Assembly: GCA_963777505.1 (NCBI GenBank)
Contig: CAVZQN010000004.1
Span: 1,728,001-1,792,000 of the forward strand
Origin: an uncultured bacterium
GTDB taxonomy: Bacteria; Acidobacteriota; HRBIN11; JAKEFK01
Length of the DNA stretch: 64,000 nt
Direction: 5' to 3'
The position numbers were made by a program, and so were the translations under genes. This document shows positions 1-8,890 of this stretch, one piece after another. The notes below the pieces were generated by a model. That model saw only the letters and a program-made list of their open reading frames with translations, did no database searches and had not been told where the DNA came from. Position 1 is the stretch's first letter. Every line of letters begins with the position of its first letter.

Positions 1-1229
1 CGCGCTTTACACGTCCCGTTCGAGTGTTAATTGAGGGAACTACTGAAATGGCACGCGGGAACCTTCAGCACAGAATCAGTGAAGTTTACAGGGACGAATT
101 TTCACAGCTTGTGCATGCGTTTAACGCTATGGCGGCTTCACTCGACGCCCAGCAGCAGGCTCTTGAACAAAGACGACGGTACATCGAAAACATCTTGAAC
201 AACATTACTACAGCCGTAATATCTATTAATAATACTATGAATGTAACAACGATTAATCCGGCTGCCAATCAAATGTTTGGCGTCGATTCCGATTTCAAAG
301 GGCCTATTCAGGAATTGACAGCAACCAAGGAGGATTGGCAGGAAATTCAAAAAGTGCTTGAAGCGTTTGCAAAAAGTCCGGATCGTTATCAGGTTAAAGA
401 AGTCTCATTATTCCTCACAAATAAGGAGATTAACTACCGGCTTATTTATGTTCCACTATTTGATGAGGAACAATGGACAGGCGCTCTCATTTTAGTTGAA
501 GACACATCGGACATTATCCGTTCCAACCGGCTTTCTGCATGGGCAGAAATGGCAAGACGTGTTGCGCATGAAGTTAAGAATCCGCTGACTCCGATTCAGC
601 TTGCAGTAGAACATTTAATGCGAGTTTGGGAAGATCGGAATCCGAATTTCGAAGCCGTGTTGAAAAGCTGCAGCGATGCAATTTTGCGACAGGTAAAAGC
701 GCTGCGCAGACTTGTCTCTGACTTTTCGCAGTACGGAAAACCATCCATTATTGAACGAGCGGAAATTAGGCTCGATGATTTTCTGCGAGATCTGGCAATG
801 AGCTATGGAATCCACCTGCCGGAGGGAGTTCGAATAGAAACTCAAATCGAAAGCGATTTGCCAGCGGTGCGCGTTGATACTGAAAAATTGCGCGGAGCAT
901 TGATGAATATTATTGAAAATGGTTTACAGGCAATGAATGCGAAAGGGGAAATTTTGTTGCAAGCGGAGCGGGGTGACAATGGATTTGTGCGAATTCGCGT
1001 CCATGATTCCGGGCAAGGTGTACCGGCTGAACTTTTGCCACGGCTGTTTGAACCATACTTTTCAACAAAAACCGGAGGGACAGGTCTTGGTCTCCCCATT
1101 GCTCGCAAAAATATTGAGGAACAGGGCGGCAAGATCGAAGTTCACAGTAAACAGGGTGAAGGAACTACAGTAACAATCATGCTTCCCGAAGCTCGTGTCA
1201 CAGAAATCTCACCGGCAATCAAAGCGTAA
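1..1229 (+). CDS. NtrY-like sensor histidine kinase (HAMP-PAS-HisKA-HATPase), 5' end outside window
   Basis: AHEVKNPLTPI H-box, NIIENG N-box, DSGQG, FEPYFSTK and GTGLGL motifs; reading frame open to window edge. Confidence 0.9.
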   Translation, partial: RFTRPVRVLIEGTTEMARGNLQHRISEVYRDEFSQLVHAFNAMAASLDAQQQALEQRRRYIENILNNITTAVISINNTMNVTTINPAANQMFGVDSDFKGPIQELTATKEDWQEIQKVLEAFAKSPDRYQVKEVSLFLTNKEINYRLIYVPLFDEEQWTGALILVEDTSDIIRSNRLSAWAEMARRVAHEVKNPLTPIQLAVEHLMRVWEDRNPNFEAVLKSCSDAILRQVKALRRLVSDFSQYGKPSIIERAEIRLDDFLRDLAMSYGIHLPEGVRIETQIESDLPAVRVDTEKLRGALMNIIENGLQAMNAKGEILLQAERGDNGFVRIRVHDSGQGVPAELLPRLFEPYFSTKTGGTGLGLPIARKNIEEQGGKIEVHSKQGEGTTVTIMLPEARVTEISPAIKA

Positions 1230-1231
1230 AT

Positions 1232-1921
1232 CTATTTGAAAACAAGATGCGCTACATAGGATTCCAAATTCCAATAGATGATCGCAAGTGCTGTCAGATC
1301 GAACGCAGCATGAGCAAACATTAACATCCAGATTTCACGAGTGATCGCAAAGATGCTTCCAAATAGAAGACCCACGATTGTAGCTTGTTGTGTTCCGGGG
1401 AGACCCTGGACATGGTAGTGAGCGAGACCGAACAATACGGATGTGATCAGGACGATCAATATTTTTGCAACCAATCCGGTTCCGAATAGTTTGCCAAGTC
1501 GCTCGAATAAATAGCCGCGGAAGATGGTTTCTTCGCCGAAACCGGCGCCAATAATCATCGAGTACAGCATGCCGGGAATCGCAGCCCGGTTTCCAACAAG
1601 ATAGTGATACGCTTGATTTATTGGATCCGCACCCAGCAAAGGCATCACGATTATTTTCATCAAAAATTTTAATGCGACACCAAAAACGATTCCTACAGCA
1701 ATCGTCACTATCCAGTTTTTTGGCCGAGTGTAACCGATTTCTCGCCATGGAGTGTCAGAACGCCAGACCCAGAGTAGTGCCAGCATCGCGCTAAGAGGCG
1801 CGATGAGAGCATTGCCAGCCAGGATCAAAATCATTGCTAGAATTCCGATCGGGCCGAATCCGCGTAAAGCCTCCGCGAAACGATCAACGGATTTTGTTAT
1901 GCCTGGACTACTCAAGACCAC
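1232..1921 (-). CDS. CPBP (CAAX/Abi) family intramembrane glutamic endopeptidase
   Basis: EETIFRGY, FGLAH and HAAFD motifs; multiple hydrophobic helices. Confidence 0.88.
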   Translation of the reverse strand: MVLSSPGITKSVDRFAEALRGFGPIGILAMILILAGNALIAPLSAMLALLWVWRSDTPWREIGYTRPKNWIVTIAVGIVFGVALKFLMKIIVMPLLGADPINQAYHYLVGNRAAIPGMLYSMIIGAGFGEETIFRGYLFERLGKLFGTGLVAKILIVLITSVLFGLAHYHVQGLPGTQQATIVGLLFGSIFAITREIWMLMFAHAAFDLTALAIIYWNLESYVAHLVFK

Positions 1922-2096
1922 TCCTTCTACTAAATACGATTTTTCCTGAGGATTCGTTTTCGACGATCTACTTGTAAACGTTGTTCGTTGCGATCGCGTA
2001 CGACAAACGGATGACGGTGAGTGTCAGATGGAACGGTTGCGCGATATTAGGATCTAACGCAAAACGGAGTGAAAGTTGCGCTAGGAGATGAAGATT

Positions 2097-2912
2097 CTAA
2101 CCTTCTGCAAATTTTCGCAAGCGCTGATTGAAGCCTGGTGCATCATCCCAAAAAGGTGCATGTCCAGCGTTAGGCATCATATGAATCTGAGCATGCGCAA
2201 TCGCAGCTTTTTGTTGGTCGACAACGATTGATTTGAGAATCCGATCGTTTTCTCCAAATGTGATCAGCACCGGTTTGCGAATGTTCTTCAGAAGATCATC
2301 ATTGTCCACGGATCGTGAGAACAATGCTTGACGGACATACGAGGGCACAGAAACATTGAAGCCTAGCATCAGGTAAAGATCTTCGGCGGAAGGTTCTTGA
2401 ACAAAGCAAAGTCGCAATAATGACTGCAAGCTTTGTACGTTTTCTGAAACATCTGTCGAAAAGAAGCCTGGCACAAGATTGATAAACTCAGGGGTAATCA
2501 CTGACATTGCTTCAGCACTGCCGAGTTTCGTTATGCCGGAAACAAAGTGAATTCCGTTAATGGCATCCTCTCCGTAATGCCGGATGTAGTCCAGAATTAC
2601 AAAAGGCCCGTAGGACCAGCCACTGAGAATTGGATGATCCAGACCTAGAGATTTAATAACAGCATTGACATCGTCAGCCCACAGTTTAGAGTCCGCGTAG
2701 GCTTCGGAGGGTTTATCTGAGAGTCCATGACCGCGCATATCGATCGCAACAAGCCGATGATCACTGGCCAGATCTGAGTTCAATTGCCGATTCCATGTGA
2801 GCCAACATTGCGAAAAGCCATGAATGAAAAGAATTGGTTGACCTTTCGAGTTGCCAGTCTCAACCACATGGAGATTTACACCGCCCCCGCCTAATACTTT
2901 ATGGTGCTCCAT
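2097..2912 (-). CDS. Alpha/beta hydrolase (non-heme haloperoxidase/esterase-like)
   Basis: HGF oxyanion motif, GWSYG nucleophile elbow, C-terminal AGH; ATG at 2912 follows an AAGGAG RBS. Confidence 0.9.
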   Translation of the reverse strand: MEHHKVLGGGGVNLHVVETGNSKGQPILFIHGFSQCWLTWNRQLNSDLASDHRLVAIDMRGHGLSDKPSEAYADSKLWADDVNAVIKSLGLDHPILSGWSYGPFVILDYIRHYGEDAINGIHFVSGITKLGSAEAMSVITPEFINLVPGFFSTDVSENVQSLQSLLRLCFVQEPSAEDLYLMLGFNVSVPSYVRQALFSRSVDNDDLLKNIRKPVLITFGENDRILKSIVVDQQKAAIAHAQIHMMPNAGHAPFWDDAPGFNQRLRKFAEG

Positions 2913-2991
2913 TATGTTCTCCTTAATCAACGCATCATTGAATACACTTATTAACAATGACGTTTACAAAAGGAAGTCAACCGAGGTCAGC

Positions 2992-3474
2992 CTATTTTTT
3001 TAGTTGTTTCGCTAGCTGAACGAGTTGATCGAGGCATTGTGACCAACCTTCGTGAAAGCCCATCTTCTCGTGCGTTTTGCGATCTGCTTCATCTTTGTGA
3101 AGAGCACGCGCAGTGTACTTAGTTCCGCCTTCATGATCTTCAAGAGTTAAGACTGCTGTAAAAAATGGCTTAAGGGAAGGACGGTATCCTGGCGCCAGTG
3201 CATCAGTCCAAACCATCTTTTCATTCTTGATGACCTCGAGAAAACAACCGGCATTTGGAAAGTCCTGACCTTCGGGTGAGCGCATCACTGTGCGGAAGAT
3301 TCCACCCGGACGAAGATCGATTTCGCAATCCACAGTTGTCCATGGCGCAGGTGCAAACCACTTCATGAGATGTTCAGGCTCCGTCCAAACTTTCCAGACA
3401 AGTTCGCGTGGTACATCAATTGTGCGCGTTAAAATGAGATCCAGATTTTCGTCGTAATTTTTATCATTTGGCAT
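2992..3474 (-). CDS. SRPBCC/Aha1-like (START fold) ligand-binding protein
   Basis: [29 protein letters not shown] and C-terminal GW..CLDQL pattern; coupled to upstream ArsR. Confidence 0.9.
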   Translation of the reverse strand: MPNDKNYDENLDLILTRTIDVPRELVWKVWTEPEHLMKWFAPAPWTTVDCEIDLRPGGIFRTVMRSPEGQDFPNAGCFLEVIKNEKMVWTDALAPGYRPSLKPFFTAVLTLEDHEGGTKYTARALHKDEADRKTHEKMGFHEGWSQCLDQLVQLAKQLKK

Positions 3475-3814
3475 ATTTTTTCTCCTTTCCGTGTAGTTTT
3501 CTCAGGTAGTCATCCATTTGATCGAACTGCTTTTCCCAAACTGCGCGTTGATCTGCAATCCAGTGTTCCGCGTTAACAAGCGATTTTGGAGTGAGTTCAC
3601 AAGTTCGTACTCTTCCTTTTTTTGTTGATCGAACTAAGCCAGTACCTTCGAGCACTTTTAAGTGCTGTACAAATGAGGGAAGCGCCATATTAAACGGCTT
3701 GGCTAATGTACTGACTGATTTTGGCCCGCGACTTAGCTGTTGCAGCACCTTCCTGCGGGTCTGATCAGCCAACGCACGAAAAACATGATCAAGGGTTCCA
3801 CTTTGGTTAGGCAT
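3464..3814 (-). CDS. ArsR/SmtB family transcriptional regulator
   Basis: [13 protein letters not shown]...[12 protein letters not shown]...KKGRVR winged-HTH pattern; typical ArsR-SRPBCC pair. Confidence 0.92.
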   Translation of the reverse strand: MPNQSGTLDHVFRALADQTRRKVLQQLSRGPKSVSTLAKPFNMALPSFVQHLKVLEGTGLVRSTKKGRVRTCELTPKSLVNAEHWIADQRAVWEKQFDQMDDYLRKLHGKEKKYAK

Positions 3815-3861
3815 ATTCCTAAGTATAAGTTTTTAAATACTTAGGTCAATGCCTAAGTATT
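3807..3861 (-). promoter_or_regulatory. Sigma70-like promoter and two operator palindromes of the arsR-SRPBCC operon
   Basis: Perfect IR AATACTTAGG-N6-CCTAAGTATT (3836-3861); second partial copy TTAGG-N6-CCTAAGTAT (3807-3826) over the start codon; minus-strand TTGACC (3849-3844) and TATACT (3827-3822). Confidence 0.75.
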
Positions 3862-3903
3862 GAAGTTGGGGGATCTGGAATTTTGATTTAGCCTGTAGCA
3901 TAG

Positions 3904-4072
3904 AACAGGAGACAGTCAGTATGCATGGTAGTGTAGTTTGCAGTGTGCTGAATAACTTGTTGAATGTGCTGGGCTCAATTGTGCTGTGAAGGAATCGAAC
4001 CTTCCGGACTGCCCACCGTCCGACCGCGGAATTAACCCAAACCGCGGGGGCACACTCGCTCTGCCTCCTGTT
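3904..4072 (-). ncRNA. Candidate structured RNA directly 3' of the DIP1984-family gene
   Basis: Minus strand: 12-bp terminal stem AACAGGAGGCAG/CTGTCTCCTGTT; hairpins CCGCGG/CCGCGG and CGGAC/GTCCG; T-arm GAAGG-TTCGATT-CCTTC; three CAGCACA repeats. Confidence 0.65.
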
Positions 4073-4076
4073 ACAC

Positions 4077-4538
4077 TTAAAAATGATCGATATCAATATC
4101 CCAATTTGCAGATTGAATTTCTGCATTGACGTCGCGGATTTTTTTCGCTAAGTCATCAGCCTCCTTCTGGAGAGCTGAAACATCAACTGTTTTAATCCAA
4201 CGGATTTCTTTTACTCCATAACGTTCTGGAGGCTTTGTGGCAGAATTGGCGGCCGATTGCACTAAACTGTGACGGTAAGTTAAGCTATCCCGTTCAGCTA
4301 AGGCAGCTGTCAGGGATCGATTTTTGTTCGTGTGACCGCGCAGATTTGCTTCATTAATCGAAAGAATCAGAATTCGAAGCTGTTCAATTATAGCAATCGA
4401 TTGTTTTAATAAATCAATCGGATTTTCTGAAGGCTTTTCGCCTTCTTGTACTACCGTATTCTTGCTAATTCGATCTTTTAACGATTCTAACTTCTTCTGA
4501 ATATCGGCTCTCAGCAAAAGCGCTTCAGCAAGTTTCAT
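4077..4538 (-). CDS. DIP1984 family protein (function unknown, helical/coiled-coil)
   Basis: Family-typical N-terminus MKLAEALLLRADIQKKL, VQEGEKPSENP and C-terminal IQSANW; AGGAG RBS. Confidence 0.85.
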   Translation of the reverse strand: MKLAEALLLRADIQKKLESLKDRISKNTVVQEGEKPSENPIDLLKQSIAIIEQLRILILSINEANLRGHTNKNRSLTAALAERDSLTYRHSLVQSAANSATKPPERYGVKEIRWIKTVDVSALQKEADDLAKKIRDVNAEIQSANWDIDIDHF

Positions 4539-4583
4539 TGAACCTTCTCCTAATATAACTTTGAGCCTTTGCGGTTAAATCTC

Positions 4584-5552
4584 TCACGGTAGCAGCAGAA
4601 TTTTTCCGCTGGAGGCACGGCTTTCAAGGCGGCGATGGGCATCGGCAGCTTGAGCTAAGGGAAATGTGGAATCAAGATGGAGTTTTACTACGCCGGATTG
4701 AATCCAATCAAATAATTCATTTGTGCGTTGCATCAATTCTTCACGTGTTAGCATGTAGTGAGCGAGTGAAGGTCGTGTTAAAAACAAGGAGCCTTTTTGC
4801 GCAAGAGTAGAAGGATTCAACGGTGGAACAGGACCGCTGGACTGTCCAAATAAAACCAGAATTCCACGGGGTCTCAAACAATCCAAACTTTTTTCATATG
4901 TCGTTTTCCCAACAGAGTCATATACTGCAGCCACGCCGCTTCCTCGTGTAATTTCCTTCGTTTGTTCGAGAAAATCTGATTTTGTATAAAGGATTACTTC
5001 GTTCGCGCCGGCCTCTTTTGCTTTCTTAGCTTTTTCTTCCGTAGAAACAGTTCCGATTACAAAAGCTCCAAGATGTTTTGCGATCTGGCACATCAACAAT
5101 CCCACACCGCCGGCAGCCGCATGAATTAAGATGGGATCTCCTTTTTTTACTTCATATGTACTTCGAAGCAAATAATGTGCTGTTAATCCTTGAAGCATTG
5201 CAGTTGCTGCTTCTTGATCTGAAAGCCACTCTGGCAGGCGAACTAATTTCCAGGCTGGCATCACTGAAGATTCGGCATAGCTTGCTGCTCCCATTGCATA
5301 CGCAACACGATCGCCAGTTTTTACTTCCGTAACTTCCGTTCCTACGGACTCAACAACGCCCGCACCTTCCGTTCCAGGAATAAATGGCAAGGGTAATGGA
5401 TAGAGTCCTGTGCGATGGTAGACATCGATAAAGTTGACCCCTGATGCTTCCAATCGCACAAGGGCTTGTCCTTTTGATGGTTGAGGAGTGGGTGCTTCGC
5501 GCAGCTGCAAAACTTCTGGCCCGCCATGTTGTTCAACTCGAATCGCTTTCAT
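4584..5552 (-). CDS. qor: NADPH:quinone oxidoreductase (zeta-crystallin/MDR family)
   Basis: GGPEVL, GVNFIDVYHRTGLY, AAAGGVG, LFGQSSG and KGSLFLTRPSL motifs. Confidence 0.92.
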   Translation of the reverse strand: MKAIRVEQHGGPEVLQLREAPTPQPSKGQALVRLEASGVNFIDVYHRTGLYPLPLPFIPGTEGAGVVESVGTEVTEVKTGDRVAYAMGAASYAESSVMPAWKLVRLPEWLSDQEAATAMLQGLTAHYLLRSTYEVKKGDPILIHAAAGGVGLLMCQIAKHLGAFVIGTVSTEEKAKKAKEAGANEVILYTKSDFLEQTKEITRGSGVAAVYDSVGKTTYEKSLDCLRPRGILVLFGQSSGPVPPLNPSTLAQKGSLFLTRPSLAHYMLTREELMQRTNELFDWIQSGVVKLHLDSTFPLAQAADAHRRLESRASSGKILLLP

Positions 5553-8500
5553 ACATTTTCCTCATAATCTTTAGAAGGTTCGGCAGGTGAAGCCTGATCT
5601 CCCATCTGGTTAATGCCATTTTTCACATAGGATGAACCACGAATCATTTTCGCCTGTCTTTTGTATTCGGCGGCCAGCGTTGCAATTTGAATGTGATCCG
5701 TAAGATCCTTTTCTTCATTCGTCAAACATGCGATCGAAATTGACATCAATGGAAACTTTCGCCATTCGCCATAGCGATCTTCATTTTCGATATAACCACG
5801 TTCACGATCTTCTCTGCGATAGTAAAACGGAATGATGGCATCGAATTGTGCAATGATCTGTCCGCAAAGTTCATCCGATTTTTCTGGAGATGTTATGAAA
5901 ATAAAATCATCTCCTGCGACATGCCCTGCAAAGTCGCCCGGATTCCCACTGCGAAGGATGGTATCGCGAATAATATCTCCTGTCTGGCGGACAACACCGT
6001 CAGCTTTTGCATACCCATACGTATCGTTGTATGACTTCAGGTGATCGATGTCCAGATAACAACAGGCAAATTTTTTCTGCATGGATAACAACCGGCTGAT
6101 TTCTTTTTCAATCGCAGCGCTTCCTGGCAATTTCGTTGTTGGGCTCGCATGCAATTCTTCTTCCGTTCTTCGAAGGATGCTTTCAATGCGAGCGCCGAGT
6201 TCTGTTGTATCGAAAGGTTTAACGAGATAGTCTGCGCCGCCTGCGCGAAGCGCTCTGACTTTATCTTCTGTTTGTCCGCGCGCGGTGAGAAAAACAATTG
6301 GGATTCGAGAAAGGATAATATCTGCTTTTAAAGTTTCCGCGACTTCAAATCCACTGCGATCAGGCAGCATCAGATCAAGCAAAATAAGATCGGGAGTGAA
6401 TCGTCTTAAGTGTTCAAACGCTTCGCGTCCGCTTCCGGCTTCTAAAACGCGATACCGTTCGAATTCTAAGACTTCCCGGCAAATCATTCTTAAATTTGCG
6501 TCATCATCAACGACCAGCACACATTTTTTCTGATCACCGCCATACATCTTCATGAGTGCTTCAGGTAGAAGTTGTACAAACTGATGAGCATCAATCGGTT
6601 TGGTTCCCATCATGACGTTGCCTCTTGGTCTGATCCTTGCAGGGTTCTGTGAGAAGACAACGATTGGCACTCTTTCCGTTTCGGCATCATGTTCAAGAAA
6701 ATCAATAAAGCCTTCATCGATGTTTTGGTCTGCATCCAGGTCTGCAACGATTAGATGAGGAATGCGTTCACGCAATGATGTTTGCGCTTCTTCGATTGTT
6801 CGTGCAATGGTGACGCGGAAGCGGCGTTCCATTAGAATTCCTTTTAATGCATAGGCTGCGGATTCATCGCCACTGACAACAAGACCATCCAGTTCTTCGC
6901 GGCGGCCGAGGGTCGTAAGTTCGGCGTAAATTTCAGGTGATTGTCCGCTCCTTTTTTCAACAGGGAGAATGAAAATAAATTTTGCACCTTTGCCAGGTGT
7001 GCTTTCAACCCAAATCTTTCCGCGATGCGCTTCAATGATGCTGCGGCTGATCGCAAGTCCCAGTCCGGTGCCTCCTGGACCCGCTGATGGATAAGGCTGT
7101 GTATATTTATCAAAAATGCGATCCAATTCTTCCGGCCGTATTCCTGGACCATTATCTTTTACACTGACTCCAACTTGCGGCGGCATAATCGCGGGAACAA
7201 ATAATTCCACTTCAATCTTGGCGCCAGGCGGCGTGTACTTCACAGCATTGCTGATCAAATTGTTCAAAACCTGAATCAAACGATTTCCATCTCCGTAAAC
7301 TTGAGCCTCTGATTCCGGATGCGAAAATCGAATGTTGGCTCCTTTTTCCATCGCATACGGTTGGAAACGTTCTACTACTTCATCAACAATCCTGTTTAAC
7401 ATCACTTGACCCAGCTTGATCTCCATCCGGCCTTTTTCGAATTTCGATAGATCAAGCAAATCGCCGATTACTGTATTCAGCTTTTCGCAACTCGTTCGCG
7501 CAAGCTCCAGGTATCTTCGCTGTTTTTCACCTAATGGACCCAGCACTTCTTTGAAGACAAGATCCAATGAGCCGCGAATACTCGCAAGTGGTGTACGCAG
7601 TTCATGTGAAATAACAGACAGGAATTCGTTCCTGCGATCTTCTTGTGTTTTTTCATCAGTAACATCGCGCATCAAAACAAATGTTCCAATCTGAATTCCA
7701 TCTGTATCAAACACAGGGGAGACATGCAGTGCGAGCATTCTTTCAAACACTCGAATCTCTTCTTGTAATGCGATTTGAGAAACAAAACTTCTGCTTAAGC
7801 CTCGTGTAATGTCGTATGATGAACCCGTCAAGCTTTCTTCCAACGCTTTCACAGTCAGGTGATCTTCTCTTCGTGAAAGGTGGAGTAATTTTCTCGCGGC
7901 TTGATTAATGAGCACAACTTCGCCCTGAAGATTTACAAGCACGACCCCATCGATCATGCTGTCAATGATTGCCTTCGTACGGTTTTTTTCATCTTCAAGT
8001 CGATTGTTCTCTGCGGATACATCACGCAATGAAGCTACACAGCCCGCAAATGAGCCCTGAGTTGTAATTGCATTCAATGCAATTCGAAGCGTTCGCTCTT
8101 CAACATCAAAATCGGATTGAACCGATGAGACGGTTCCAATTGAGATATGCATCAGCATGTCGCCAATCGAAGTTTGAATTGAAGGTTCAAACAATTCGCG
8201 AAAATTTCTACCTGCAACAGCAGCTTCCGGCTGCTCCAACATTCGTGACGCGGCAGAATTCATATAAATGACACGATGTTCGTTATCCAATTCAAGGACA
8301 CCTTCAGGCATTGAGTTCAGCAAATTCAAAAAGCGCGCACGTTCCTGCAAAAGTTCTTTTGTGATTTCGCTTGCAGATGCGGCGGCAGAAGCTTCATTGT
8401 TGTGAACAGGCGTAAATTGTTCAAGGAGGGTCATTAATTTCGGAAGCAAATCCTGAATCGATTCTTTTGCGACTGCTGCGGTCGCTCCGGAGTCGATCGC

Positions 8501-8776
8501 TCTTTTTAATTCGGCAGGGGAGACAGCGCTGACCGCAATCAGTGGAAGGCGCGCAAATTCAGCATCTTCGCGAACGTATTGGCAAAAACGGAAGCCATCG
8601 ATTTTTGGAAGAACCAGATCAAGAAGAACTGCATCTGGCTTTTTTTCCCGCATTCTCTGCAGACCTTCCATTCCATCTGCAGCTTTATATACATCATGAC
8701 CAGCCTCGCGAAGGCCATCTTCCAGCTGTTGAAGAATTAGCCGGTCATTATCAATGATCAGCAGGCGCAGTCCCAT
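5549..8776 (-). CDS. Hybrid signalling protein REC-PAS-PAS-HisKA-HATPase-REC(degenerate)-REC-GGDEF-like
   Basis: LLDLVLPKIDG; SHELRTPL; NLISNAVKY; GTGLGL; LLDLMLPDRSG; C-terminal DIDHLKSYNDTYG...AGDDF. Confidence 0.88.
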   Translation of the reverse strand: MGLRLLIIDNDRLILQQLEDGLREAGHDVYKAADGMEGLQRMREKKPDAVLLDLVLPKIDGFRFCQYVREDAEFARLPLIAVSAVSPAELKRAIDSGATAAVAKESIQDLLPKLMTLLEQFTPVHNNEASAAASASEITKELLQERARFLNLLNSMPEGVLELDNEHRVIYMNSAASRMLEQPEAAVAGRNFRELFEPSIQTSIGDMLMHISIGTVSSVQSDFDVEERTLRIALNAITTQGSFAGCVASLRDVSAENNRLEDEKNRTKAIIDSMIDGVVLVNLQGEVVLINQAARKLLHLSRREDHLTVKALEESLTGSSYDITRGLSRSFVSQIALQEEIRVFERMLALHVSPVFDTDGIQIGTFVLMRDVTDEKTQEDRRNEFLSVISHELRTPLASIRGSLDLVFKEVLGPLGEKQRRYLELARTSCEKLNTVIGDLLDLSKFEKGRMEIKLGQVMLNRIVDEVVERFQPYAMEKGANIRFSHPESEAQVYGDGNRLIQVLNNLISNAVKYTPPGAKIEVELFVPAIMPPQVGVSVKDNGPGIRPEELDRIFDKYTQPYPSAGPGGTGLGLAISRSIIEAHRGKIWVESTPGKGAKFIFILPVEKRSGQSPEIYAELTTLGRREELDGLVVSGDESAAYALKGILMERRFRVTIARTIEEAQTSLRERIPHLIVADLDADQNIDEGFIDFLEHDAETERVPIVVFSQNPARIRPRGNVMMGTKPIDAHQFVQLLPEALMKMYGGDQKKCVLVVDDDANLRMICREVLEFERYRVLEAGSGREAFEHLRRFTPDLILLDLMLPDRSGFEVAETLKADIILSRIPIVFLTARGQTEDKVRALRAGGADYLVKPFDTTELGARIESILRRTEEELHASPTTKLPGSAAIEKEISRLLSMQKKFACCYLDIDHLKSYNDTYGYAKADGVVRQTGDIIRDTILRSGNPGDFAGHVAGDDFIFITSPEKSDELCGQIIAQFDAIIPFYYRREDRERGYIENEDRYGEWRKFPLMSISIACLTNEEKDLTDHIQIATLAAEYKRQAKMIRGSSYVKNGINQMGDQASPAEPSKDYEENV

Positions 8777-8822
8777 GTCTGCTATTTTCGCCGTAAATTG
8801 GAATCAACGCAATTTATTAATT

Positions 8823-8846
8823 GGGAGCGCGGACGTCTCGCCTGCA
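8823..8846 (-). repeat. Degenerate REP-like hairpin unit (family A)
   Basis: GGGAGCGCGGACGTCTCGCCTGCA, reverse-complement orientation relative to the 10564-10645 array. Confidence 0.6.
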
Positions 8847-8890
8847 AAAATTCTAATTCTTTTGGTGCTGTCGTCTTAGACTTGCATCAA

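Noticed and set aside
1950-2095. GTTAGAT core-like site upstream of the CPBP gene
   Set aside because: No matching inverse core or L boxes found; a single 7-mer is expected by chance
3960-4060. tRNA gene suggested by GGTTCGATTCC
   Set aside because: Only the T-arm is canonical; no acceptor stem with CCA or standard D/anticodon arms could be built
3833-4126. 97-aa ORF over the candidate RNA
   Set aside because: Overlaps the DIP1984 gene out of frame and the arsR promoter, has no RBS and no recognisable protein features
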